Of a DNA stretch of 64,000 nt, positions 26,163-35,337 are shown piece after piece (the first letter of the stretch is position 1; every line of letters begins with the position of its first letter). The notes below the pieces were generated by a model that saw only the letters and a list, made by a program, of their open reading frames with translations, ran no database searches and was not told where the DNA came from. The stretch lies in the IMG/VR virus record IMGVR_UViG_3300005544_000020, positions 172,091 to 236,090 of that record; one strand, 5' to 3'. Source of the stretch: a virus. Taxonomy: Duplodnaviria > Caudoviricetes. The position numbers were made by a program, and so were the translations under genes.

Positions 26163-26960
26163 TTACCCCTTCAGATCTTCGGTGAAGCCGGCTGCGTCAC
26201 GATGGCCGCCGCCGCCGAACTTCTTGGCGATCGTGGAGACATCGAAGCGGCCCGGTGACCGGAGACCCCAGCACCGTTTGCCGTTCCGTTCGAAGTAATA
26301 GGCCGCGAACGGCGCCGTCGGATGATCCATGCAGAGCTTGTCGCCCGTCTCGCTCCGGAGCACGATCGTATTCACGCAGGGAACGAGATGGCCGTCGATT
26401 TCCTTCATCGAGGCCCCGGCGCAGATCTCAGCCAGCACCTGGGACTGATAGCGCAGAATCACGCCGCCGTCCAGCTTCAGCTTTTCCATCCCCATCGTCA
26501 TGAGCTGCTCCCAGACCTCGAACTTCTGAGGATAGGAAGGAAGCGCGGCACCGACTTCGCGCGAGTAAGGCATGTCGAAGCGCCACAGATCGCGGTCCTC
26601 GAGGTAAAGAATGAACTCCGGTACCTTCCCCTTATGGAAATGGACCCAGGAAAGGTACGCGCCGGAATGGTTGATGTCGAAATAGGTTCCCGGGAGATCA
26701 CCGATCTCCTCCTGGTTGGTGATGTGGTGATCGAGAACAACGACGTCCTTCACCGACTCCCGGAAGGCCAGGAATTTGGCCTTGGGGAAGGCAACGTCGA
26801 CCATGACGACATTCGCCGTCTTGGGTAGGGATGGAGGCGGATCCGAGGGCTGGAGGCCAATATATTCCGCCTTCTTGCCCAGATGCTTCCAGGCCGCGAA
26901 GGCCGCGCCGAAGCCGTCGGGGCAGCCGCCGTGGTAGAGAACGTGCGTATAACTGCGCAT
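26163..26960 (-). CDS. DHH/DHHA1 phosphoesterase
   Basis: YHGGCPDG, VDVAF, LDHH, DRDLW, GLRS, GGGGHRDAAGF. Confidence 0.9.
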   Translation of the reverse strand: MRSYTHVLYHGGCPDGFGAAFAAWKHLGKKAEYIGLQPSDPPPSLPKTANVVMVDVAFPKAKFLAFRESVKDVVVLDHHITNQEEIGDLPGTYFDINHSGAYLSWVHFHKGKVPEFILYLEDRDLWRFDMPYSREVGAALPSYPQKFEVWEQLMTMGMEKLKLDGGVILRYQSQVLAEICAGASMKEIDGHLVPCVNTIVLRSETGDKLCMDHPTAPFAAYYFERNGKRCWGLRSPGRFDVSTIAKKFGGGGHRDAAGFTEDLKG

Positions 26961-26974
26961 ATCTCCTGCCTTTC

Positions 26975-27193
26975 CTAGACCGCGTAGCGCCAAGTCGCCA
27001 GATCAAGGCTCACGACCAGGCTGCTCAACTTCTGATCTTTCATCGTGACCGGATCTTCCAGGTGATGGACAACCTTGATTGCCGCGCTGAACATTTCGTC
27101 CGCAATCTTCTTCTTATGGACGAGCTCTTTGAAGCAGTCCGTGAGATTGTGCGGCGCCGGCAGCCCGCAACTATCGCAGATCTCCTGGTTCAT
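26975..27193 (-). CDS. hypothetical protein
   Basis: ORF track; CxxC..H..C. Confidence 0.65.
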   Translation of the reverse strand: MNQEICDSCGLPAPHNLTDCFKELVHKKKIADEMFSAAIKVVHHLEDPVTMKDQKLSSLVVSLDLATWRYAV

Positions 27194-27465
27194 TGCGGCA
27201 ACTCCCCGATCAGCTTCCGGCAGTCCGGACAGAGCGGCAGCTTGGCAATCTTCTCGACCTCGTCGAGCTGGGCGACGGTCTTTTCGCCCTCATTCAAGCC
27301 GTCCTTCAGCTCCATCCCCTTCAGCATCCAGTCGAGATCCTTGGCAGCGCTCTTTGTCTGGTCCATCAGGCGCTGATTGAAGTCCTCAAGATCGACTTCT
27401 TCGCCCATCCAATAAAGGACAGTTACATGGTCGTTGCTGTCCCAGTAGGCGCCGTGCTTCTTCAT
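27190..27465 (-). CDS. hypothetical protein
   Basis: ATGA overlaps. Confidence 0.7.
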   Translation of the reverse strand: MKKHGAYWDSNDHVTVLYWMGEEVDLEDFNQRLMDQTKSAAKDLDWMLKGMELKDGLNEGEKTVAQLDEVEKIAKLPLCPDCRKLIGELPQ

Positions 27466-27668
27466 GGCTTCGTCTCCATCAACGGCACGGCATACTGGAC
27501 ACCCATCATGTGGGTGAGATCGATGCAGCCCATTTCGCCCAAGTCGGGAATGGGCTTGGGCAGGCTGCAGATCCTAAGCAGCGTTCGACCCGTCTTCTTG
27601 CAATGGACGTAGATCACGCCGCGGTCACCGTCGATCTCGAGCTGGGCATCATGAATGGTCGTCGCCAT
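27462..27668 (-). CDS. hypothetical protein
   Basis: RBS; ATGA overlap. Confidence 0.65.
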   Translation of the reverse strand: MATTIHDAQLEIDGDRGVIYVHCKKTGRTLLRICSLPKPIPDLGEMGCIDLTHMMGVQYAVPLMETKP

Positions 27669-27787
27669 TGCCGCTCTCCTTGATCTCCCTCTTCGACATC
27701 GTGCACATCACGTTGGCGACGAGATAATGAGTCCGGTACTCGCCGTCCACGCAGTCGACGATCTGCTCGCACTTCGGACACTTCACC

Positions 27788-28369
27788 TTACCGGCTTCCA
27801 CGCTCTCCCCCTTTTCGGTCGAAGGCCTCTTCCAGAACCGGCCGGATCTTCTCCAGTTCCTCCCGGCTCGACACCGGATAGAGATTTAGGCGCCGGGAGG
27901 TGTCTTTGTTCCATGCCTGGGTAGGCATGACCACGATCCCGCGCGGACGATGATCCATCCAACGTAGGAAATGGTTCGGGTAATCGTCGACCAGGACGCG
28001 GCCGTAGTAGAGCCCTTTGTCCTGAGTCACCGTCATCTCTACATCCGGCGGCAGATGCTCCGCGATCCAAGCCGCCTTCTCCGACCAGGCATTCTTCGAC
28101 TGCTTGGACGACTTGGTCAGGATCATGATGCGGAAGCCGATCTCCTGGAGCATCTTGACGATCTCGAATCCGAGCGGCAGCGGCTTCAGGTTGTAGTACC
28201 AGCCGGCCTGCCCGCGGATCAGCCATTCGATCTCCTGGATGACGCAGGGAGGCACCTTGACCTCTTCGCCGCGGCCGTTGAGAACTCTCGCCACATCGCG
28301 GTCCAGGGCCCCGCGGAAATCGCAGAGTGTCCCATCCATGTCCACCAGGGCTACTTTTTCATCGTCCAT
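27788..28369 (-). CDS. 5'(3')-deoxyribonucleotidase (HAD, NT5C-like)
   Basis: VDMDGTL, ILTKS, AWSEKAAWI, DK..YGRVLVDD. Confidence 0.85.
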   Translation of the reverse strand: MDDEKVALVDMDGTLCDFRGALDRDVARVLNGRGEEVKVPPCVIQEIEWLIRGQAGWYYNLKPLPLGFEIVKMLQEIGFRIMILTKSSKQSKNAWSEKAAWIAEHLPPDVEMTVTQDKGLYYGRVLVDDYPNHFLRWMDHRPRGIVVMPTQAWNKDTSRRLNLYPVSSREELEKIRPVLEEAFDRKGGERGSR

Positions 28370-28628
28370 AGGGTCTCAGCTTCTCCAGAACATGCGCTTT
28401 ACACGGGACCGTGATTCGGATGTCCTCGTCAACAATCCGGTGGATCCCATTCTCTACCGGGACACCATCACGACAGTCTTCGCATAGCAGCTTTCCGATC
28501 TTCTCTCGTTCGTCTTGACGGGCCAGCCGCTCGACCTCCATGGCCAAGCACCGACAATACGCCTCTGCATGCGGCGGATCGCCGATATTGTTCGTGGCCC
28601 GGTTGTAGATCGGTAGCTCGTCTTCCAT
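28359..28628 (-). CDS. hypothetical protein
   Basis: TGATG-coupled start MEDELPIY. Confidence 0.6.
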   Translation of the reverse strand: MEDELPIYNRATNNIGDPPHAEAYCRCLAMEVERLARQDEREKIGKLLCEDCRDGVPVENGIHRIVDEDIRITVPCKAHVLEKLRPYGR

Positions 28629-29611
28629 CAGTCCTTTTCCTTCCTGGTCAGATATCCCTCGCCGTGGTACTTCAAGATCACGCGGCAGATCCGCTCGTCG
28701 AACCGCTCCTGAGGTACCTTTGCGACGAAGCCTTCGCGAACGTGGTCGATCGACTCGCTGGGTCCCAGAAGGACGGACGTTCCTTCTGCCATCGCCTTCA
28801 GGCTCTCCTTCCATGGACCGCGGTATAGGACCGGGACGGTCGGGACCTCAAGCGTCCTGGCGAGCGACTCGAACGCGTCGTAATCCAGATACCGGTTCGT
28901 GGTGAGATCCATGGCATCGAAGAGAGCCAGGCTCGAATCCCCAGGCTTATGGCCGTAACGCAGATTCTGGATCCAGCCGTAGACCTCGCCGTAGATCGCA
29001 ATCCCCGGCATCGACTGCAGGCGCCTCGCCAAATCATGCTTTTTGGCTGCGCCCCAGTAGACGGAGCCCGGGATCTCCTTCTTCACCTCGTTGTGGGACC
29101 CGACCCAGAGGCGCTCTTCCTTCCAAACATAGCGCGCGGAGGTCCCGTGGATCTTCTCCGTGAGGATGACTTCCTCGCCCTCCTTCAGCACGTCCGGCCA
29201 GCGCCGGATGCTCTCGATGTCCGTGTACTTCGGCCAGTCGAAGGGGCATTTCTCGGCCTCGCCGCCGGTCACGGCGCCGATCGGCGGCTCGTACTTCGTG
29301 ATGCGGAGCTGCTCGGCGACGATCTCGCCTTCCTTCATGCCATCCACGACCTTGATGAGCAGGCCCATGCTGAAGATGCCCCGAAGGCGCTTCGCCTTGA
29401 TGCGGAGATGGCCCTGGAGGAAGGCCCATCTGGGATCGTCCGCCGGCACGACACTCTCGACCGGGACGTAGACCGCGAGATCGCCTTCCTGGAGTTCGCC
29501 GACCGCCGTGATCACCGGATAGTCGAAGACCTTAGTGATCAGAAGACGATCCGCGTTTGGATGCTTCGAGAGTGCGCCGACTTTGACGACCTGGACCTTC
29601 CACTCGCTCAT
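28628..29611 (-). CDS. RNA ligase (Rnl2 / DRB0094-like, N-terminal OB-like domain)
   Basis: HPNADRL N-terminus, TEKIHGT (motif I), YGEVYG, FDAMD, EGFV, VILK. Confidence 0.85.
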   Translation of the reverse strand: MSEWKVQVVKVGALSKHPNADRLLITKVFDYPVITAVGELQEGDLAVYVPVESVVPADDPRWAFLQGHLRIKAKRLRGIFSMGLLIKVVDGMKEGEIVAEQLRITKYEPPIGAVTGGEAEKCPFDWPKYTDIESIRRWPDVLKEGEEVILTEKIHGTSARYVWKEERLWVGSHNEVKKEIPGSVYWGAAKKHDLARRLQSMPGIAIYGEVYGWIQNLRYGHKPGDSSLALFDAMDLTTNRYLDYDAFESLARTLEVPTVPVLYRGPWKESLKAMAEGTSVLLGPSESIDHVREGFVAKVPQERFDERICRVILKYHGEGYLTRKEKD

Positions 29612-30009
29612 CAGGCTGCTCCTAGCTGCTCCCGCAGCTTTTCCTTCACCAGTTCCCCCTTCAAGATTCCCGCCGACATCGTGACCAGGAGGGGAACGCC
29701 ATTCGTCACTTCAAAGACCTTCTTGTACCACGCTTCAAAGGAGACTTCCTTCTCCGCTCTGAGCCAGAAATAGAGAGCCGTGAGCAGATCCTTCATCTCC
29801 TCCTTCGGACCCTTGAAAACCGTCCGGTCCTTGCAGTGGAGGACATGCGTCATGGTCTCGAGCCGGTCTTCCGTCAAGACTGTGACGCTGCCGCCATAGC
29901 CCATCTCGTACTTGCAGAGGGATTCCACTGCATCACCGAGTTCCGCGTATCGGCTCGAGAGCAGGATCTCAGGACCGCCATTCTCACGATAGCTCCAGAT
30001 CTCGATCAT
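29611..30009 (-). CDS. hypothetical protein
   Basis: ATGA-coupled start MIEIWSY. Confidence 0.65.
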   Translation of the reverse strand: MIEIWSYRENGGPEILLSSRYAELGDAVESLCKYEMGYGGSVTVLTEDRLETMTHVLHCKDRTVFKGPKEEMKDLLTALYFWLRAEKEVSFEAWYKKVFEVTNGVPLLVTMSAGILKGELVKEKLREQLGAA

Positions 30010-30320
30010 CGAATGTCCTCCGGAACCGGCGACATGCCCATCTGGTCCGAATAGAAATATCGGAGGTCTTTCTGGCCGCGGAAACCCCATCCAAGCTGCA
30101 GGCTTAGTTGCTGCTGCAGGCCATAGCGTTTGAAGCGGCCGCGCAGCGTCACTTGGGATGGGTTCTTTGCCACCTCATCCACGACCTTCTGGGCGAAGTT
30201 ATACAGCCAGATCTCCGACAGGGGGCCGACCTGGTCGGTCACCTTGAGCTCGATCCGATCCTTGGCGATGGTGAGCTTGTTGGTCGTCGTGCCCTTGCGG
30301 ACAACGGTGATTTCGGCCAC
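30006..30320 (-). CDS. hypothetical protein
   Basis: GTG start after GAAGGAG; first gene after a promoter. Confidence 0.65.
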   Translation of the reverse strand: MAEITVVRKGTTTNKLTIAKDRIELKVTDQVGPLSEIWLYNFAQKVVDEVAKNPSQVTLRGRFKRYGLQQQLSLQLGWGFRGQKDLRYFYSDQMGMSPVPEDIR

Positions 30321-30348
30321 CCGACTATCTCCTTCCCTACAGCCCGGA

Positions 30349-30377
30349 AGTATATCGGGTAAACCGGGTTTAGGCAA
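30349..30377 (-). promoter_or_regulatory. sigma70-type promoter, class B (GTAAAC inverted in spacer)
   Basis: TTGCCT-N17-TATACT. Confidence 0.65.
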
Positions 30378-31293
30378 GCGTTCTTGCGATGTAACCTTGC
30401 TGTCCGAGACCGGGATATGGCGGGAAGACGACAGGCACCGTCATCGCAGTCGAGGCGTTCGTAAAAGACAGGGTCGTGCTGTTGGTACCGGTAAAGACTC
30501 CCGTTCCACTGTCTCCAAGCCCGTATCCGATGGAGATGTTGTTCATCAAGCGTTGCGCTCGCTCGGCCTGCTCTTCGAACTGCGTCGGCGGAAGTTTATA
30601 GCGCTCCTTGGGCGGGATCCGAACCCAGTCCTTCGCTCTTTCGAGGAGCGCACTCCTCATAAGCCAAGGTCTGAAGGCGGCCGAATCGCGGACGGCATTG
30701 CGCCGTGATTGGGCCATCATTGCTTCCGTGGGAAGCTCTGCCTTCAGTTGGAGGGTCCTCACCCAATTCTCCCGCTCGCGGAACTCGAGCGCGGAATCCT
30801 CATTCCAGTCCGACTCATTGGATTGGGTGTACCAGGGGTCGGGAGCTTTCTTCGGAGGTCCGATCTCGTTGTGATATGGATTGGGGAAAGAGGTCTGTGG
30901 GTCAACCCTTCCTCGGAAGGGATCGTTGCTGTAGTGGAACGCGTTCCCGATGGCCCGGAAATGCATCTCCGAGCCTTCGAGGAGATTCTTCATCGCGACC
31001 ACATGGTCCGTCTCCGGCGCGAACGACCGATCCTGCGTGAGGATGCACCAGGACGCCCGAGGCCTTCCGTCCTCGAGCTCCAGAACCGTGGTCCAGCGAC
31101 GCACCATGTACGTCCGCTTCGTCACATTCCCGAGCGCCGGGAACATGCCTGAAAGGCAGTAGAACGAAAACCGCTTCTCGTCGGACATCGACGCAAGAAG
31201 TCCCATTGCCCGACGCTCAGGATCCGGGACCTGACCGGCCTGGAGCGCCGCCCAGTAGTCGAGCTGCTTGTCTTTGCCCCAGAGAATGCTCAT
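30370..31293 (-). CDS. hypothetical protein
   Basis: ATGA-coupled start MSILWGK; 307 aa. Confidence 0.75.
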   Translation of the reverse strand: MSILWGKDKQLDYWAALQAGQVPDPERRAMGLLASMSDEKRFSFYCLSGMFPALGNVTKRTYMVRRWTTVLELEDGRPRASWCILTQDRSFAPETDHVVAMKNLLEGSEMHFRAIGNAFHYSNDPFRGRVDPQTSFPNPYHNEIGPPKKAPDPWYTQSNESDWNEDSALEFRERENWVRTLQLKAELPTEAMMAQSRRNAVRDSAAFRPWLMRSALLERAKDWVRIPPKERYKLPPTQFEEQAERAQRLMNNISIGYGLGDSGTGVFTGTNSTTLSFTNASTAMTVPVVFPPYPGLGQQGYIARTLA

Positions 31294-31472
31294 TTGAAGT
31301 TGATGTCGATCTTTCGAGGTACTCCCATCAGGACGCCCTTGCACTTCTCGCAGTACCAGGCTTCGCCCATCCGATTGCCATTTTCATCCCGAGGGCGAGG
31401 ATCGGGAGTCGCGTCTCCAGGACGCCATTCCCGCATCTCCTGAGGGAACTTGCAGCCCCAGCAGTATTGCAT
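31290..31472 (-). CDS. small Zn-ribbon protein
   Basis: CWGC..CEKC. Confidence 0.6.
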   Translation of the reverse strand: MQYCWGCKFPQEMREWRPGDATPDPRPRDENGNRMGEAWYCEKCKGVLMGVPRKIDINFK

Positions 31473-31474
31473 CT

Positions 31475-31795
31475 CTAGAATTTCCAGTTCTTGTTTCGCC
31501 AATCCTGGGCGATGGCGCCCACGATGTTTTGCAACTCCGGATGAAGAGGATTCATCCAGCGATCATCACCGACGTCGACGAGAAGCAGCTTCTCTCTAGA
31601 CTTGATGAACTTGTCGGCAAACTTGGGTTGCATCACGACGATGTAATCCGCCCACGCTGAGAAGTAGTCCAGGCTTTCCTGAGAGCATTTGGAATAGGAA
31701 ACCGGAACGGCTTCCTGCCCGAAATTGTATTTGAGCGTGAAGGCCATTCCGACGCTGCGGACGTTGCCGCCTTCGCACACCGTCAGGAATTTCAT
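31475..31795 (-). CDS. low-molecular-weight protein tyrosine phosphatase-like protein
   Basis: N-terminal VCEGGNVRS (CX5RS) P-loop, WADYIVVM, DD near the C-terminus. Confidence 0.75.
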   Translation of the reverse strand: MKFLTVCEGGNVRSVGMAFTLKYNFGQEAVPVSYSKCSQESLDYFSAWADYIVVMQPKFADKFIKSREKLLLVDVGDDRWMNPLHPELQNIVGAIAQDWRNKNWKF

Positions 31796-32157
31796 GGATG
31801 GTTTTCCACGTTTGCAATGAGCATTTCATCCACGGTCTCGAAGACCAAGTCTACGACCGCCTGGTTGGCCATCAGCTTCTTCGGGTCGTACATATGGAGA
31901 CGTTCCGCAATCCGCATCATCTGAGTGCAGTTGCCGTGCTTCTCGCTGAAGATGAGCGCGCCGGCGCAATGCCTGGAGGACATCGCCTCCACCAGTTCCC
32001 CATCCCGATCCACCGTCGTCTTGTGGCAGGCGAAGGTCTTGCCCTGGTCGGAGAGGATGTCCCGGCAGATCTGCTTTACCCGGGCCTTCTTGAGCCGGAT
32101 CCCGCCCTTCTTCAGGAAGGGGCAGTTCGAGCACGGGACGTGCAGATCGTAATGCAC
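31792..32157 (-). CDS. hypothetical Cys-rich phage protein
   Basis: PCSNCPF..FACHKT..HCAGALI. Confidence 0.75.
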   Translation of the reverse strand: MHYDLHVPCSNCPFLKKGGIRLKKARVKQICRDILSDQGKTFACHKTTVDRDGELVEAMSSRHCAGALIFSEKHGNCTQMMRIAERLHMYDPKKLMANQAVVDLVFETVDEMLIANVENHP

Positions 32158-32158
32158 T

Positions 32159-32440
32159 TTAAGCAGGAGGCAGATCGACGGATTTCTCGGTCAGATGCTT
32201 CCTCATCATCTTAGCCGCTTCCTTCGCGCCTTCCGGATCCGCGATCGCCGCCTCCAGATGCTGGAGGGCGACGGTGCCGATCTGCAGGTCGATCATCTTG
32301 CCAAGCTTGACCGACCGCTCGCCCATTTTATGGGCAATCGGCGTCATGAACTGGGGAAAGAGGCCCAGCAAAGGCCGAAGGGGATCGTCCTCCTTCATGC
32401 CTTTTGCCAGGAACTTGTCGTAGGAGAAGAAAAGGTTCAT
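32159..32440 (-). CDS. hypothetical protein
   Basis: ORF track. Confidence 0.7.
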   Translation of the reverse strand: MNLFFSYDKFLAKGMKEDDPLRPLLGLFPQFMTPIAHKMGERSVKLGKMIDLQIGTVALQHLEAAIADPEGAKEAAKMMRKHLTEKSVDLPPA

Positions 32441-32443
32441 GGT

Positions 32444-32953
32444 TTAACCGCCGCCCACTTTGGCATGCGAGTTGACAGCCTGCTTCTTGTCCTCTTCCTT
32501 GGCCTTGAATTCGCCGATGGTGATGACCTTCCAGGTGCCGTCCTCCTGGGCCTCGGAGACGACGCGGTTCTTATTCTTGACCTCTTCCTCGACGGTCTCG
32601 AGGGCGAGAGACTCGACCATCTGATGGCTGCCCTTGAGGACGACCTTGCCCTTCTTCTCCATCAGGATGTCCATGAGATCGCTGACGGGCTTCGTTTCCT
32701 TCTCCTTGTCCTTGTCCTTGTCCTCTTTCTCGACGCCGATCACTTCCTTCGCCTTCTCGACGAGAGCCTTCAGGGCTCCGTCTTCCTCCACCGTGTGGAG
32801 CGTCATCCCCTTCTTCTTCGCCTTCTCCACGAGCTGGGCGATCATGCCGCGTTCCTCGGGCGTCGTCTTCTTGTAGGTGATCGTGATCCGCTCTCCCGCG
32901 AACTCGGCTTCCGCGTGACCGAATACTCCGGCTTCCGTCAGCGTCAGATTCAT
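32444..32953 (-). CDS. K/E-rich hypothetical protein
   Basis: ORF track; GGAGAGG RBS. Confidence 0.75.
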   Translation of the reverse strand: MNLTLTEAGVFGHAEAEFAGERITITYKKTTPEERGMIAQLVEKAKKKGMTLHTVEEDGALKALVEKAKEVIGVEKEDKDKDKEKETKPVSDLMDILMEKKGKVVLKGSHQMVESLALETVEEEVKNKNRVVSEAQEDGTWKVITIGEFKAKEEDKKQAVNSHAKVGGG

Positions 32954-32962
32954 AGCCCTCTC

Positions 32963-33016
32963 CTATGGTTGTTCGATCCAGAACGGTTCCCTTGGTTCAT
33001 CACTGCTTTCCCACAT
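32963..33016 (-). CDS. 17-codon minigene in frame with the downstream gene across a TAG
   Basis: TAA-TT-ATG start; MWESSDEPREPFWIEQP*; TAG-GAG-AGG-GCT-ATG junction. Confidence 0.35.
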   Translation of the reverse strand: MWESSDEPREPFWIEQP

Positions 33017-33018
33017 AA

Positions 33019-33342
33019 TTACCCCAGGATCTCGGTATTGTCGACGCGCGGGGCGCCGGGAATCGGTTCCGCGGCCGCCACCGGGTAGACGTTGTTTTGA
33101 TACATTCCCTGTCCACCGGCAATGTGGGGAACGGCAGCGAAAGCGGCGTCTCGCGCCGGCGTCTTCGTCTCATCCTTCTTGAGAAGAGGGTTCGGCGGAA
33201 ACTCCGTGTCCGTCGACAGATAGTCGAGCACCGCCTTCATGCGAAGGCGGATCGCCACCCGGTCGTTGACGTTCTTCTTTTCGATGAACTGCTTCGTAAG
33301 ATGCGCCATTTCATCAGGCGCGATCCCCGTGATGTCCGCCAT
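33019..33342 (-). CDS. hypothetical protein
   Basis: ORF track; RBS. Confidence 0.7.
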   Translation of the reverse strand: MADITGIAPDEMAHLTKQFIEKKNVNDRVAIRLRMKAVLDYLSTDTEFPPNPLLKKDETKTPARDAAFAAVPHIAGGQGMYQNNVYPVAAAEPIPGAPRVDNTEILG

Positions 33343-33344
33343 GG

Positions 33345-33689
33345 TTATCTCCTTCCCTCGAGTACCTGAGTCATCCCGTCGATCATGGCCTTGGCCTGGA
33401 TCTGGCCTGCCTTCATGGCCGTCTGGTCGTTGTAGAAGCGGTCAAAGATCGCGGCAGCGATCGTGACCTGCAGATTTTTGCTTTGTTCCGTCGGATCGCT
33501 ACCGTGACGATGCGTAATGATTCGCGCAGCAGCGCCCATGCACTTTAAGAAGACCTTCTCGTAGACTTCGATGTTCAGGTCTTCCTGGGTCTTCTTGGGT
33601 GATGGAGTTACTACCGGAGCCAGGAGAACTTCTACGCGAGCTGCGGGAAGAGCAAGTGAAGCTTCGGGGCCTGCAGGCGTCTCTGGCAT
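33345..33689 (-). CDS. hypothetical protein
   Basis: First gene after a class B promoter. Confidence 0.7.
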   Translation of the reverse strand: MPETPAGPEASLALPAARVEVLLAPVVTPSPKKTQEDLNIEVYEKVFLKCMGAAARIITHRHGSDPTEQSKNLQVTIAAAIFDRFYNDQTAMKAGQIQAKAMIDGMTQVLEGRR

Positions 33690-33710
33690 TCTTACCTCGT
33701 TACGGGCTGA

Positions 33711-33740
33711 AGTATACCGTGGTTTACCTTACGATGTCAA
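33711..33740 (-). promoter_or_regulatory. sigma70-type promoter, class B
   Basis: TTGACA-N18-TATACT with GGTAAAC in spacer. Confidence 0.75.
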
Positions 33741-33741
33741 C

Positions 33742-34521
33742 TCAAGCAATCAACAGAGACTTTACGGCCTTCATGCAGGAATCCGTGTAGCCTGGATCCA
33801 TTTCGATGAAGCCCTTCGACTCCCGATGGGCCAACGCGAACGGGCAATGTGTCGCCGCGATGACCTGGAAGCGCTTGGCGATGTTCGGAACCGCGATCGT
33901 CCAGAAGTCTTTCTGGAGCGGGATCGACATCGACTGATCCACTTCATCAAGCAGGAGCGTCGAAGGGCCGTCCAGAGTCCGCGACTTCACATACTTCACG
34001 AACTTGTCCATCGCCCTTTGCCAAAGGTCGTTGACGCTGGAATGATTCTTCGGCTTTTTGGTGAGATCCGGAATGTTCTTCAGGACGTCTGCCAGTCGAT
34101 TGAGGCGGATGATCCGCTCCTGTCCACTCGACACCTTGGCCATCATCTCGCCAACGATCATGCCGAAGTCCATGAGTCCGTCCTGGGAATCATCGAGCGT
34201 CGCGCCGCCAGGCGATCCCGTCTTGGGCGACATCAGGAAGGAGGCTGTCCCGTCCCAGCCCACTTGGGCCTTGACCTGGGCCGGCGCATTCTTCGAGAAG
34301 GCCTCCGGATATTCGTGATCCGTGGAATAGAGCGGATCGACGAAAGTAGACCAGCCAGCCCTGGTACCGGAATAGGCGCCCAGGATATTGATCAACGTGG
34401 TCTTCCCGCAGCCGTTTGGCCCGAAGAGGATGTTGATGCCCTTCTGGAACTCAAAGGTCTTCCGGCCTATCCCCGGCAATTGGACTGGGAACCCATTCAT
34501 GACGGTTACGCTGTGGATCAT
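33742..34521 (-). CDS. ABC/SMC-type ATPase
   Basis: GPNGCGKTT, SSGQ signature, LLLDEVD, ATH. Confidence 0.85.
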   Translation of the reverse strand: MIHSVTVMNGFPVQLPGIGRKTFEFQKGINILFGPNGCGKTTLINILGAYSGTRAGWSTFVDPLYSTDHEYPEAFSKNAPAQVKAQVGWDGTASFLMSPKTGSPGGATLDDSQDGLMDFGMIVGEMMAKVSSGQERIIRLNRLADVLKNIPDLTKKPKNHSSVNDLWQRAMDKFVKYVKSRTLDGPSTLLLDEVDQSMSIPLQKDFWTIAVPNIAKRFQVIAATHCPFALAHRESKGFIEMDPGYTDSCMKAVKSLLIA

Positions 34522-34529
34522 GAGACTTC

Positions 34530-34961
34530 CTAACAGATTCGAGCGTGAGGATTCGTTTTGAAGCTCTCCATGTTCCACGCGACGATGACGCTGTCGATCA
34601 TATTGACGACTTCATGCGCAGTCGCCGCGAGCGACTGAATGCCGCAGCCACGATCCGGTTCGTCCTCAGCGCCGATCAGGGTTACCTGGGCGGTGCCGTT
34701 GTGGACGTCTTGTGAGAAGGTGACCAGGATACGGCCGGCGATGCTTCCGGCGATTACTTTGACTCCGGCGATCTGGGCCTGATGATAACGATCCTCCGAA
34801 GCCCGGAGATAGGCCTTCAACTCCTTCCATCTCGAAGGCCATTCTTCGCCTCTGATCCAGCCGCCTTGGGAGAAACGCGAAGCGGCATCCTTGACCGTAG
34901 ACACGATCATCGCCATGTCTATGAAGGAGAGTGTCGTGAGCTCGGTATCATAGGGATTCAT
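34530..34961 (-). CDS. hypothetical protein
   Basis: ATGA-coupled start MNPYDTEL. Confidence 0.65.
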   Translation of the reverse strand: MNPYDTELTTLSFIDMAMIVSTVKDAASRFSQGGWIRGEEWPSRWKELKAYLRASEDRYHQAQIAGVKVIAGSIAGRILVTFSQDVHNGTAQVTLIGAEDEPDRGCGIQSLAATAHEVVNMIDSVIVAWNMESFKTNPHARIC

Positions 34962-35311
34962 TTCTTCTTCTTTCTCACGATCCGGCAGACGCCGCCGGAG
35001 CATTCGATCTCTGGGCCTTTCTTCGGCACAATGCTGACTGCGGCCTTCTTCTTGGCCATATCATTGATCTTCGGATCGTTGCCTGTCTTCGCGGCATCGA
35101 AGAGATCGTTGCGCTGCCGGAAGACCTGGTTCCCGAGCTTCGCGACTTCGTCGATATGCGCGAGCGTCTTCGCCGTGCCGCGGCTGAGATCCTGGGCATC
35201 ACGCCTGACCCGTTCCTCCTTCAGATCCCGGAGGACATTGGTCTTGATGACCGGCTTTACGACGGGCCTTGGCTGCTTCCCCGGGACTGGCTTGCCTCTT
35301 CCTTCACCCAT
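34958..35311 (-). CDS. basic hypothetical protein
   Basis: ORF track; RBS. Confidence 0.7.
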   Translation of the reverse strand: MGEGRGKPVPGKQPRPVVKPVIKTNVLRDLKEERVRRDAQDLSRGTAKTLAHIDEVAKLGNQVFRQRNDLFDAAKTGNDPKINDMAKKKAAVSIVPKKGPEIECSGGVCRIVRKKKK

Positions 35312-35337
35312 TCCAGTAACTCCTTTATCAATAAAGT

